A stretch of DNA of 64,000 nt, taken from NCBI GenBank assembly GCA_016792845.1, contig JAEUKH010000018.1:10984-74983 (forward strand), given 5' to 3'. Position 1 is the first letter of the stretch; every line of letters begins with the position of its first letter. Shown piece after piece: positions 1 to 9,006 of this stretch. Under the pieces are notes generated by a model. That model ran no database searches and was not told the origin of the DNA. It saw only the letters and a list, made by a program, of their open reading frames with translations. Made by a program: the position numbers and the translations under genes. Source of the DNA: Myxococcales bacterium (lineage in GTDB: Bacteria; Myxococcota_A; Polyangia; Polyangiales; Ga0077539).

Positions 1-219
1 GAGATCGACAAATCGGCCGACCCCGCCGCCACCCGGAGCCGCTTTGTCGACCAGTACCAGCGCACCTTCGCCAACCCCTTCAAGGCCGCCGAGCTGGGCT
101 TCATCGACGAAGTGATTCACCCCCGGGTGACCCGCCAGCGCCTCGCCCGCGCGCTCGATCTGCTCAAAGACAAGCGCGAGACCTTGCCGCAGAAGAAGCA
201 CGGCAACATCCCCCTCTGA
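1..219 (+). CDS. acyl-CoA carboxylase carboxyltransferase (beta) subunit, C-terminal fragment (gene starts upstream of window)
   Basis: Open frame from base 1 to TGA at 217-219. Translation ...FANPFKAAELGFIDEVIHPRVTRQRLARALDLL... matches the conserved C-terminus of the PccB/AccD-type carboxyltransferase family. Confidence 0.7.
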   Translation, partial: EIDKSADPAATRSRFVDQYQRTFANPFKAAELGFIDEVIHPRVTRQRLARALDLLKDKRETLPQKKHGNIPL

Positions 220-288
220 GCGCCCTGCTCCCCTTTGACGCGAGGGCCGCTCATGGCCTAGCGTCTCACCGTTGGGGGGTATTGGCCG

Positions 289-1887
289 ATGGCACGCGCA
301 CCGCTCTTTGATCTCGTCGCTCGCACGCTCCGCCGTGCACAACACACAGACATTCAGCCGACCCCGAAGGGCCGCGCGGCTGCCCCAGGGTCGGGCGAAA
401 GGAGTCTCTCGCTCACGCGACGCGCCCTGCTCGGGGGTTCGATGGGGGCCGCGGGCTGCGCGGCGCTGGAGCCCGTCGACCAGGCCTTCACGACGGTTCG
501 GGCGCAGGGCGCGGTGGCGGTGGTCGGGGCCGGGCTCGCGGGCCTCGCCTGTGCGCGGGCGCTCGAGCGCGCGGGGCTCACGGTCACACTCTTTGAAGCG
601 GGCGCGCGGGTCGGCGGGCGCGTGGCCTCGCTGCGCGATCGCTTCCCGGGGCAGGTCGCAGAGCGGGGCGGCGAGTTCATCGACACCACGCACAGCACGA
701 TGCGGGGGTATGCCAACGAGTTCGACCTCGCGCTTGAATCGGTCTCGCGGCTCCCGGGCGAGGTGTTCTACCACTTCGGCGGGCAGCGACACCCAGAGGC
801 CGCGGTGGTCGAGGCGTATCGCGCGTTTGTGCCGCAAATGCGTGCTGATTTGCGCGAGATAGGCTCGCCCACGGCGCTGTCGTTCACCGCCGCCGAGGCC
901 GCCCTCGATCGCGTCTCGCTGGCCGAATACCTCGAAACCCGCGGCGCGAGCCGGCTGCTCTACCAGGTGCTCGAACAAGCCTACGGCATCGAGTACGGCA
1001 TCGACATCGGCGAGCAGAGCTGCCTCGCGTTCTTGATGTTCGCCCACGCCGACCGCCGCAGCCGATTCCGCCCCTACGGCGTCTTCAGCGACGAGCGCTT
1101 TCACGTACGGGCCGGCAACGACGCGATCGCGCAGGGCCTTCACGGCACCCTGCTTCGCCCGGCCGAGCTCGGCGCGCAGCTCGTCAGGGTCGCGAAGCGC
1201 AGCGACGGTCGCATCGCGCTCACCACACAGCGCGGCAGCCAGAGCCGCACCGAGGCCTTCGACGCGGCGGTGCTCACCCTGCCCTTCTCGGTGCTGCGTC
1301 ACGTCGCCCTCGACGCCTCGCTCGCGCTCCCGCCGACCAAGCGCGACGTCATCGACCGCGCGCGCTACGGCGCCAACAGCAAGCTCATGCTCGGGTTCAG
1401 CGCCCGCCCCTGGATCGACCGCGGCAACAACGGCGCCGCCTACGCCGACCTCGACGGCTTCCAAGCCTGTTGGGAGACCAACCCGAGCGACGCCTCGGCC
1501 ACCCGCGCCGTCATCACCGACTACACGGGCATGGCGCTTGGCGCGAGCCTCGACCCCGCGCGCACCCAAGACGAAGCCGCGCGCTTCCTCGACAGCTTCG
1601 AGCGCGTTGTGCCCGGCGCCCGGGCCGCCGCGAGACGCGACACCCGCGGCGCGCTGGTCGCGCACCTCGAAGCGTGGCCCCGCAACCCGCTCTCGCAAGG
1701 CAGCTACACCGCCAACGGGCTCGGGTACTTCACCACCCTCGCGGGCCACGAGGCGAGCCCCGTCGGCAACCTCTTCTTCGCAGGCGAGCACACCGACTCG
1801 TTCTACGAGTGGCAAGGCTTCATGGAGGGCGCCGCCAACTCAGGGCTCCGCGCGGCCCAAGAGGTCGTAAGGCTCCTTCGCCGCTGA
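289..1887 (+). CDS. FAD-dependent amine oxidase (flavin monoamine/L-amino-acid oxidase family), Tat-signal secreted
   Basis: 532-aa ORF. Twin-arginine-like motif TRRALLGGSMGAAG near the N-terminus. Rossmann dinucleotide motif VVGAGLAGLACA..LFEAGARVGGR. Overall amine-oxidase-like length and C-terminal FAGEHT motif. Confidence 0.7.
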   Translation: MARAPLFDLVARTLRRAQHTDIQPTPKGRAAAPGSGERSLSLTRRALLGGSMGAAGCAALEPVDQAFTTVRAQGAVAVVGAGLAGLACARALERAGLTVTLFEAGARVGGRVASLRDRFPGQVAERGGEFIDTTHSTMRGYANEFDLALESVSRLPGEVFYHFGGQRHPEAAVVEAYRAFVPQMRADLREIGSPTALSFTAAEAALDRVSLAEYLETRGASRLLYQVLEQAYGIEYGIDIGEQSCLAFLMFAHADRRSRFRPYGVFSDERFHVRAGNDAIAQGLHGTLLRPAELGAQLVRVAKRSDGRIALTTQRGSQSRTEAFDAAVLTLPFSVLRHVALDASLALPPTKRDVIDRARYGANSKLMLGFSARPWIDRGNNGAAYADLDGFQACWETNPSDASATRAVITDYTGMALGASLDPARTQDEAARFLDSFERVVPGARAAARRDTRGALVAHLEAWPRNPLSQGSYTANGLGYFTTLAGHEASPVGNLFFAGEHTDSFYEWQGFMEGAANSGLRAAQEVVRLLRR

Positions 1888-1901
1888 GCGCCCCGCCGCC
1901 T

Positions 1902-3395
1902 TCACCGACCGAGCCGCGCGCGCAGCTTCGCCCACGCGGCGGTCACGAGCCCCGCGCGCCACGCCCACAGCCCCGCCACCGCCAGCACCAGCGCCCGCGA
2001 CGCAGGCCAGCGCAGCGTCGCCCACTGCCCCGCGAAGGCCATCGTCGAGGCCCCGAGGGCCGCGGCCACGACGCGCCACGAGACCCGAACACCGCACGCC
2101 TGGCGCAAGAGAAAGGGCGCGATCATCAAGGTCGTGACCTGCATGAAGGCGTAGGCCCAGCCCACTCCCATGAGCCCCACCCGCGGCACGAGGAGCCACG
2201 CCGCGAGGGCGAAGACCCCGTTCGCGTAGACCTCGCTGAGCACGAAGTGCCCGAGGCGCTGGCGGTAGAGGAGCGGCCCCAAGAGAACCCACACCATCGC
2301 GCGCGACGCGTCGGCCACCGAGAGCATGCCGAGGAGCGGCGCCGCTTCGCCGAAACGCGAGGAATACAAGAGCCACACCGCGAGGTCGCGGGTGCCGACC
2401 AAGAGGAGCACCGCGGGCGGCACGACCCCCAACACGAAGCGCGCCGTCTCGTCGACCTCGCGGCCCAACGACGCCGCGTCGGTCGCCGCCGCGAAGCGCG
2501 GAAAGGCGTAGCTCCCGAGGCTCCCGAGCATCAGCGCGAAGTAGGTCGAGCCGATCGCCCAGGCGGCTTGAAACTGACCGTTGAGCGCGGGGCCGCCGCG
2601 GTGCTCAAGGCTGAGCCGTACGACGCTCATCGCGCCCTGGGCCGAGAAGCCCGCGACCATCGACGCGAGGCCGAGGGTGAGCGCGTCGCGGCCGTACTTC
2701 GGGTCAAAACGAAGCGAGAAGCGCCACGAGAGGGTCGGCACCGCGCGACGCCCGAGGCGCTGACCGAGCGGCATGAGCACCAAGGCCGAGAGCAGCATCG
2801 CAACGAACTGCCCGGTGAGGCCGAATCGCCAGGTGGCCGCGCACACCAGCGCCATCTGGACGAGGGCGTTGAGCACCTGGAGGCGCGTCGCCGTCGCGAT
2901 CTCGCCCATCGCGACGAGGGTCTGCGAGGGCAAGAGCGCCACCGCGAGGAGCCCCGTCGCCAGCCCCGCGGGCAGCACCAACGGCCACGCCTCGGCCCCC
3001 CACGGCGCCGGGAAGACCGCCCGCGCCGCCAGCGTCGCCCCCAACGTCGCCACGAGGGTCACCGCCGCCATGCCCGTCGACGCCGACGCGTAGGCCAGCG
3101 CCACGTCGTCGTGGTCGCCGCGCTTGAACGAAGGGCTCACCCGCTGCACGAGCGCAGGGCCCCCGAGCATGGCCAGCGGCACCATCGCGGTCGCCACGAT
3201 CTGGAGCACCTCGGCCGAGACGCCGACCCCCACGGGCCCGAGCACATGGGCGGTCACCTTGCCCCGAACGATGCTCGCGAAGGTGCCGACCAGGGCGCCC
3301 GCCAGCGCGATGGCCGCCGCGAGGCCGCGAGAGGGGGTGCGGGCCGCCGCGGCGGCGTTGGCGTCGTGAGGCGCTTGCATAGGGCTACGACGCAC
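1902..3395 (-). CDS. polysaccharide biosynthesis/export membrane protein (MOP/Wzx-like flippase family)
   Basis: 497-aa highly hydrophobic ORF with about 12-14 predicted TM segments. The N-terminal pattern (VRGKVTAHVLGPVGVGVSAEVLQIV) is typical of O-unit flippases. It is adjacent to a GT2 gene. Confidence 0.55.
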   Translation of the reverse strand: MRRSPMQAPHDANAAAAARTPSRGLAAAIALAGALVGTFASIVRGKVTAHVLGPVGVGVSAEVLQIVATAMVPLAMLGGPALVQRVSPSFKRGDHDDVALAYASASTGMAAVTLVATLGATLAARAVFPAPWGAEAWPLVLPAGLATGLLAVALLPSQTLVAMGEIATATRLQVLNALVQMALVCAATWRFGLTGQFVAMLLSALVLMPLGQRLGRRAVPTLSWRFSLRFDPKYGRDALTLGLASMVAGFSAQGAMSVVRLSLEHRGGPALNGQFQAAWAIGSTYFALMLGSLGSYAFPRFAAATDAASLGREVDETARFVLGVVPPAVLLLVGTRDLAVWLLYSSRFGEAAPLLGMLSVADASRAMVWVLLGPLLYRQRLGHFVLSEVYANGVFALAAWLLVPRVGLMGVGWAYAFMQVTTLMIAPFLLRQACGVRVSWRVVAAALGASTMAFAGQWATLRWPASRALVLAVAGLWAWRAGLVTAAWAKLRARLGR

Positions 3396-3480
3396 TCTCT
3401 ACGCCATCTCGGGCCCCGCGCGCAGCACGCGCGGTGACGATGAACCCTAAGCCCGGCGCCGTGCTACCAACCCCTACGGC

Positions 3481-4383
3481 ATGGACAACTCGCTGCGATT
3501 TACGCTCCTCATGGGCACCTACAACCACGCGAAGTACCTCCCGACGGCGCTCGACCATGTGCTCTCGCAGACGCGGCCCCCCGAGCGGATCGTGTTCTTC
3601 GACGACGGCTCTCGCGACGACAGCTTCGCCCTCGCGCGGGCGCGCTTCGCGGGCGACCCGCGGGTGGTGTTCGTGCCCGACGCCGACCGCAACATGGGCC
3701 TGCTCACCCGCATGCGCCTCGCGCGCCCGCTCTTGCTGCCCGGCAGCTTCGTCGTCCAGCATGCAGGCGACGACATGCTCGACCGCGCGTGCTTCGCCCG
3801 TCACGCCGAGAACCTCAGCCGACGCGCCGCGCGATGGAGCGTCGCCGCCATCGACGCCGTCGACGAGGAGAGCGGAGAGTTCTTGTACGCGATCAAGCCC
3901 GACCCCGCGGTGCTCGAATCCGCGGCGCCGCTGCTCGAACGGCTACTCCGGGGTGCGCCCTTTCCGCCGGTGCACGGGTGGGCCTATCACACCGCCCTGC
4001 TCGACGAGGTGGGCGGCTACGACCCAGGCTTCGCGATGGAGGATCTGCCCCTGCTCTTCCGTTTCGCGGCGCGCGAGCGCCCCTCGCTCACCGACGCCAC
4101 CGTCTGCGCCGTGCGCGTTCGCCCGAACCAGTACGCCCGGTGGCGAGGCCAGCTCCCGCGAGACGCCGCGCGCCTCGCCCTTGAGAGCGTGCGGCAGCAC
4201 CCCAGGGCCGCGCTCGAATACGCCTCGCGGCAGTACATGGCCGCCGCCACCGGGTCTGCGCGGCACCGCGCCTGGGCCGATGCCCTCGCCGACCTCACCC
4301 GCGCCGTCGCCCTCTGGCCCGTGCCCACAGCGCCCCACTTCGTCGCCCCGCTGAAGAAGCTGAAGACTCGTTTGGTCGGTTGA
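3481..4383 (+). CDS. family 2 glycosyltransferase
   Basis: 300-aa ORF. N-terminus FTLLMGTYNHAKYLPTALDHVLSQT...VFFDDGSRDDS is the GT2 signature (DXD-type, Rossmann-like). Confidence 0.7.
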   Translation: MDNSLRFTLLMGTYNHAKYLPTALDHVLSQTRPPERIVFFDDGSRDDSFALARARFAGDPRVVFVPDADRNMGLLTRMRLARPLLLPGSFVVQHAGDDMLDRACFARHAENLSRRAARWSVAAIDAVDEESGEFLYAIKPDPAVLESAAPLLERLLRGAPFPPVHGWAYHTALLDEVGGYDPGFAMEDLPLLFRFAARERPSLTDATVCAVRVRPNQYARWRGQLPRDAARLALESVRQHPRAALEYASRQYMAAATGSARHRAWADALADLTRAVALWPVPTAPHFVAPLKKLKTRLVG

Positions 4384-4447
4384 CGCGACAGGCCGAGAGG
4401 GGTTGAACTGCCGATCCAACCCTCGCATCGTGAGGCCCGGGCGCGAC

Positions 4448-6607
4448 GTGGAGATCATCAAAGACACACCCTTCGAGGTCGCCACGGTGACCTGGCAATT
4501 GTCACCGCCTGCGTGGTCGCTCACGGTGGTGGTCAAGGGCACCTTCAGCCTCGCCGACGATGGCAGCCTCAGCGTCGCAGAGACCCAGCGCCCCTGCGAG
4601 GGCGACATTCTGTGGGACGATGTCGAGCCCGGCTCGCCGCGCCGTGAGAGCGACCTGGCGGTGTACAAACCCCGAGGCGAGTGGTTCGTCGAAGGCCACT
4701 GTTACCCGCCCGGCGGCGAAGCCACCACGTCGGCGTGCAGCGTCACCCTCGGCCGTTCGGGCCGCGCCCTCGCCGTCTTCGGCGACCGCCACTGGGGCGC
4801 CGCAGGCGTCGCCTCAGCGCCCGCGCCCTTCACCGCGATGCCCCTCCGATGGGAGCGCGCCTACGGCGGCCCCGGGCACCCGTCGAACCCCGTGGGCCGC
4901 GGCGTCGAGGCCGTCGAGACCCGCGAGGGGCGGGTGCATCGCTTGCCCAACCTCGAAGCCCCCGAGGCGAGGGTCGAGAGCCCCCATCGCCCGGGTTTCG
5001 CAGCGTGTTTCGCCCCCGTCGGGCGCACCTGGCCGGTGCGGAGCGCCTTCGCGGGCACCTACGACGCGACCTGGCGCGCGACGCGCTTCCCGTGGTTCGC
5101 CGCCGACCTCGACACGGCGTACTTTTTGGGCAGCCAGCACCTCCAGTGGGCCGAGACGTATTGGCGCGGCGACGAGCCCTTCGAGCTGGTCAACCTCCAT
5201 CCGCAGCACCCCCGCCTGCGAGGCCAGCTCGCGGCGATGACCGCGCGGGTGCTCGCGACCCCCGCGGGCCTCGCACCCAATGAGACGAACGCCCGGGCCC
5301 TCAACGCCGTCCTCGACACGGTCACGTTTCTGCCCGACGAGATGGCCGTTACGTGTGTCTGGCGCGCGGTGCTCACGGTCACCGACGAGACCGCCTCGAA
5401 CCTCGGCTTTCTCTACGTCACCCACGACGACCTTGAGGCGCCGCGCCCCCTCGCGGCCCTCGTCGCAAGGCTCGCCGCGGAGCGCGACGCGCAGGCCGCC
5501 GAAGCGGGCGCCGACGCCGAGATGCCGCCCCCCGGCGCACCCCTCAGCGACGCCGAGCGGATGTTCTCGCCTGCCGTCGCGGGCCTCGCGGGCACCCTCG
5601 CCGCGCGCGGCATCAGCGCCTTCGACGCGACCCTCCGCACCCACGACGCCGCCCCCGCCCCATCGCCCCCGCAGGTCGATCACGCCGCGTTGCGGGGCCG
5701 CCTCATGGCGCGCCTCGCCAACGACGAGGCCGTCGACGATCTCGACCTGAGCGACGCCGACCTCCGCGGGCTCGACCTCGCCGGGCGGAGCCTCAAGGGC
5801 CTCCTCGCGCCCCGCGCCCAACTGAGCGGCGCGACCCTCGACCGTTGCGATCTCAGCGACGCGGTGCTCACCGACGCGAGCCTCGCCCACGCCGCCCTGC
5901 GCGGCGCGACGCTGACCCGGGCTGAGCTCTCGGGGTGCTCGGCCGAGGCCGCGAGCTTCGACCGCGCGGTGCTCCGCGAGGCGGTCTTCGAGGCCGCGAC
6001 CTTGAGCCGCGCGAGCTTCGCCAACGCCATCGTCGACGGCTGCGATTTCACCCGCGCGGCGCTCTCGGGCGCGGTGCTCCGAGAGGCCTCGGGCAAGGGC
6101 GTCGAATTCACCGCGGCGCGCCTCGACGGCGTTCAGGCCGAGCGCGCAGTGCTGCCCGACGCGACCTTCCGCCGCGCGAGCGTGGTGGGGGCCCGTTTCG
6201 ACGACGCGCGGCTCGACAACCTCCGGGCCCTCGACGGCGCGGTCTTCGACACCACCAGCTTCCGCGGGGCGAAGCTCGACGGCGCCAACTTCAGCGAGTC
6301 GCGGCTCGTCGGGTCACACTTCGCCTTCGCGAGCTTGAAGAAGGCCGAGTTCAGCGACGCCGCGCTCACCCGCGCGGGCTTCGAGGGCTGCGTGCTCAAG
6401 GGCGCGTGCTTCGACCGCGCTGACCTGCGAGAGGCCGCGATGCTGCGCTGCGACCTCCACGAAGCCCGCTTCGAAGCGAGCGACCTCCGCGGCGCCGACC
6501 TCCGCGGCTCGAACCTCTACGGCGCCGAGCTCTGGCGCGCGCAGACCGAAGGGCTACGCACCGAACTGGCCATCGTCACCCGCTCTGGCCTCGACCCCAA
6601 CCTCTGA
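4448..6607 (+). CDS. DUF2169-domain protein fused to C-terminal pentapeptide repeats (T6SS spike-associated family)
   Basis: The six-frame ORF starts at TTG 4403. I place the start at in-frame GTG 4448 (VEIIKDTPFEV..., the typical DUF2169 N-terminus). About 400 aa of DUF2169-like sequence is followed by about 300 aa of A(D/N)LxxA pentapeptide repeats (ADLSDADLRGLDLAGRSLKG...). Confidence 0.65.
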   Translation: MEIIKDTPFEVATVTWQLSPPAWSLTVVVKGTFSLADDGSLSVAETQRPCEGDILWDDVEPGSPRRESDLAVYKPRGEWFVEGHCYPPGGEATTSACSVTLGRSGRALAVFGDRHWGAAGVASAPAPFTAMPLRWERAYGGPGHPSNPVGRGVEAVETREGRVHRLPNLEAPEARVESPHRPGFAACFAPVGRTWPVRSAFAGTYDATWRATRFPWFAADLDTAYFLGSQHLQWAETYWRGDEPFELVNLHPQHPRLRGQLAAMTARVLATPAGLAPNETNARALNAVLDTVTFLPDEMAVTCVWRAVLTVTDETASNLGFLYVTHDDLEAPRPLAALVARLAAERDAQAAEAGADAEMPPPGAPLSDAERMFSPAVAGLAGTLAARGISAFDATLRTHDAAPAPSPPQVDHAALRGRLMARLANDEAVDDLDLSDADLRGLDLAGRSLKGLLAPRAQLSGATLDRCDLSDAVLTDASLAHAALRGATLTRAELSGCSAEAASFDRAVLREAVFEAATLSRASFANAIVDGCDFTRAALSGAVLREASGKGVEFTAARLDGVQAERAVLPDATFRRASVVGARFDDARLDNLRALDGAVFDTTSFRGAKLDGANFSESRLVGSHFAFASLKKAEFSDAALTRAGFEGCVLKGACFDRADLREAAMLRCDLHEARFEASDLRGADLRGSNLYGAELWRAQTEGLRTELAIVTRSGLDPNL

Positions 6608-6616
6608 GCACACCCC

Positions 6617-8566
6617 GTGAACGTACTGACCCACGCGCGCGCCGTGCTCGACCACATTGACGCCCACGGCGCCCTCGAAGACCTGGTGATTCGCGACGTC
6701 GAGCTCTCTGGGCAGACCCTCGCGGGGCTCAAGGTGCGCCGCTGTCGCTTCGAGCGCGTGCGGCTCTGGCGCTGCAATTTCGACAAGAGTCAGTGGCACG
6801 AGGTGACCTTCCGCACCGTCGACCTGCAAGAGTCGACCTGGCGCGGCTGCCGCCTCGAAGGCCTCGACCTGAGCCTCGACGGCGACGATTTTACCCAAGC
6901 CACCGGCGCCGATTTTACCGAGAGCCATTGGCTCCGCGTCAACGCCTCGCGGGCCAACTTCACCCGGGCCGTGCTCCGCGACGCGACGCTGGTGCAGTGC
7001 GACCTCTCGGGCGCCTCGTTCGAAGAGGGCGAGCTGTCGGGACTCACCGCGCCGGGCCTCGTCGCCGTGCAGTGCCAGCTCAGCCGGGCGCGCCTCCACC
7101 GGGCCCTCCTCCGCGGCGCCAACCTCTCGCACGCCATCGCCAAGGGCATCGAGCTGGTCGGCGCGACCCTCGACGAGGCGACGGTCCGGAAGGGCCAGTA
7201 TGACGGCGCCGACTTCTCCGGCGCGAGCGCAGAACGCGTTGATTTCTCAAGAGTTTTGGTACTCACCGGCGCCTTCCAGGGCGCCCGCCTCGGGGGAGCT
7301 CGGCTCGCGCGGTTGAACCTCGGCAGCAGCGATTTTCGCGGCGCCGACCTCCGCGAGGTGTCGTTCTCGGGTTCGCGGCTCGTCGAGTCGCGCTTCGACA
7401 GCGCCAACGCCGCCCGGGCGCGCTTTGCGGGCTCGCGCCTCCGCGCCTGCGTGTTCGAGGGCGCCGACCTCAGCGACGCAGACTTCTCATCGGCCATGCT
7501 CGAACAGGCCCGCTTCACCCGCGCGACCTTGCACCGCGCCGTGTTTCAAGGCGCCAACCTCCGAGAGGCCAGCCTCGACCACGCCGACCTCGGCCACGCC
7601 GACCTCGACGGCGCGACGCTCGCCCAGGCCTCGGGGCGCGGCGTCGGCTTCGCGCACGCCACCCTGCGCGGCGCGACGCTCGCCCACGCGCGCTTCGAGG
7701 GCTGCGATTTTCGAGCGGCCGTCCTCACCGAGGTCGACGCCCGCGAGGGTCACTTTCTCGCGAGCGAGTTCGTGCAGAGCAACCTGGCCAACAGCCAGTG
7801 GGCGCAGGCCAGGCTCGACGAGTGCCTCTTCACCGAGGCCGCCCTCACGGGCGCCACCCTCGCGCGCGCGTCGCTCTGCAAAGCCGTCTTCGCCGAGAGC
7901 GCCCTCGACGGGCTCGACCTGAGCGAGGCCACGCTCACCGAGGCCGACCTCGACGGGCTCGACCTCCGCGCGGTGTTCTTGCGCGGCGCCGACTTCACCC
8001 GCTGCGCCATGGGCGCCGTCGACCTGCGCGAGGCTGACTTGAGCCGCGCCATCCTCACCGACGCCGACCTCGCCGGCGCCCAGCTCAACGGCGCCGTCTT
8101 CGACGAGGCCTGCTGCCTCCGCACGCGCTTCACCGGCGCCGCGATGACAGGGCTCCGCGCCCGTCGCCTCGTCGCCCGCAGCGCCGATTTCAGCGAGGCC
8201 ACCCTCACCGCGGCAGACCTGCGCGGCGCCGACCTCCGCGAGGCCCACTTCGACCGCGCCGTCGTGACCCGCGCGCGCCTCGAACTCGCCCGCCTCGACC
8301 GATGCCGCTTCGTCGAGGCCGACCTCCGGCAGGTCGATGCCGCGTTCGCGCGCGCCCACCACGCCGATTTCGCACAGGCCCGGCTCGACCTCGCCAGCTT
8401 CGTCGACGCCGACCTGCAAGGCGCGAGCTTCCATCGCGCGAGCCGAGACACCGCCCGCTTCGAACGCGCCGACCTCCGCGGGGCCACAGGCACCGACGAA
8501 GAACGCGCGCGGGCCGAGACCTTCAGCCCTCCGAGCGGCCCAGACGCCATGACACACGCGAGGTGA
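6617..8566 (+). CDS. pentapeptide-repeat protein
   Basis: 649-aa ORF composed almost entirely of pentapeptide repeats (…ADLSDADFSSAMLEQARFTRATL…). Starts 10 nt after the previous stop. Same operon as the DUF2169 and PAAR-like genes. Confidence 0.7.
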   Translation: MNVLTHARAVLDHIDAHGALEDLVIRDVELSGQTLAGLKVRRCRFERVRLWRCNFDKSQWHEVTFRTVDLQESTWRGCRLEGLDLSLDGDDFTQATGADFTESHWLRVNASRANFTRAVLRDATLVQCDLSGASFEEGELSGLTAPGLVAVQCQLSRARLHRALLRGANLSHAIAKGIELVGATLDEATVRKGQYDGADFSGASAERVDFSRVLVLTGAFQGARLGGARLARLNLGSSDFRGADLREVSFSGSRLVESRFDSANAARARFAGSRLRACVFEGADLSDADFSSAMLEQARFTRATLHRAVFQGANLREASLDHADLGHADLDGATLAQASGRGVGFAHATLRGATLAHARFEGCDFRAAVLTEVDAREGHFLASEFVQSNLANSQWAQARLDECLFTEAALTGATLARASLCKAVFAESALDGLDLSEATLTEADLDGLDLRAVFLRGADFTRCAMGAVDLREADLSRAILTDADLAGAQLNGAVFDEACCLRTRFTGAAMTGLRARRLVARSADFSEATLTAADLRGADLREAHFDRAVVTRARLELARLDRCRFVEADLRQVDAAFARAHHADFAQARLDLASFVDADLQGASFHRASRDTARFERADLRGATGTDEERARAETFSPPSGPDAMTHAR

Positions 8567-8570
8567 TCCG

Positions 8571-8984
8571 ATGTTTCCAGCTTCGACCAAAGAGGGCGGC
8601 CAGTGTTTCGGCTTCCCTGACGTGTGCAAGGTGCCTGCGCCCCCGGCGCCGCCCATTCCGACACCGTTTCCCAACATTGCAATGTGTGCCAACGCGAGCG
8701 GCGCCTCGGTGACCCAGAAGGTCAAGATCCGTAACAAGCAGGTCTTGCACAAATCCAGTGAGATTCCGAATAGTTCTGGCGACGAGCCGGGCACCCTGGG
8801 GGGCATGATCTCGGGCGTCAACATGTCAAAGGCCGTTTACAAGACGGCATCGTCAAAGGTGCTCGTCGAGGGCAAGTACATCGTCACGCACCTCAAGACG
8901 ACCCCCCAGAACGGGAGCCGCGCGAACGTCCCCATGGGCACCCAGGTCGCCCCCAGTCAGACCAAAGTCATCATCGGTCGGTAG
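8571..8984 (+). CDS. PAAR-like (DUF4150) spike-tip protein, domain only, no C-terminal toxin extension
   Basis: 137-aa ORF. N-terminus FPDVCKVPAPPAPPIPTPFPNIAMCANAS is the hallmark of DUF4150 PAAR-like proteins. GC is about 58-60 %, against about 70 % in the flanks. Confidence 0.65.
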   Translation: MFPASTKEGGQCFGFPDVCKVPAPPAPPIPTPFPNIAMCANASGASVTQKVKIRNKQVLHKSSEIPNSSGDEPGTLGGMISGVNMSKAVYKTASSKVLVEGKYIVTHLKTTPQNGSRANVPMGTQVAPSQTKVIIGR

Positions 8985-9006
8985 CCCCAAGGCAAGAGGC
9001 ACGCGT

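Noticed and set aside
1470-3437. 655-aa Arg/Pro/His-rich ORF and other long antisense or alternate-frame ORFs (e.g. 354..716, 6790..7518, 7487..8824, 10641..11516, 53785..54865)
   Set aside because: Typical stop-codon-poor shadow frames of a 70 % GC genome. They overlap strongly supported genes on the other strand or frame, and their translations are low-complexity Arg/Pro/Ala strings with no domain features.
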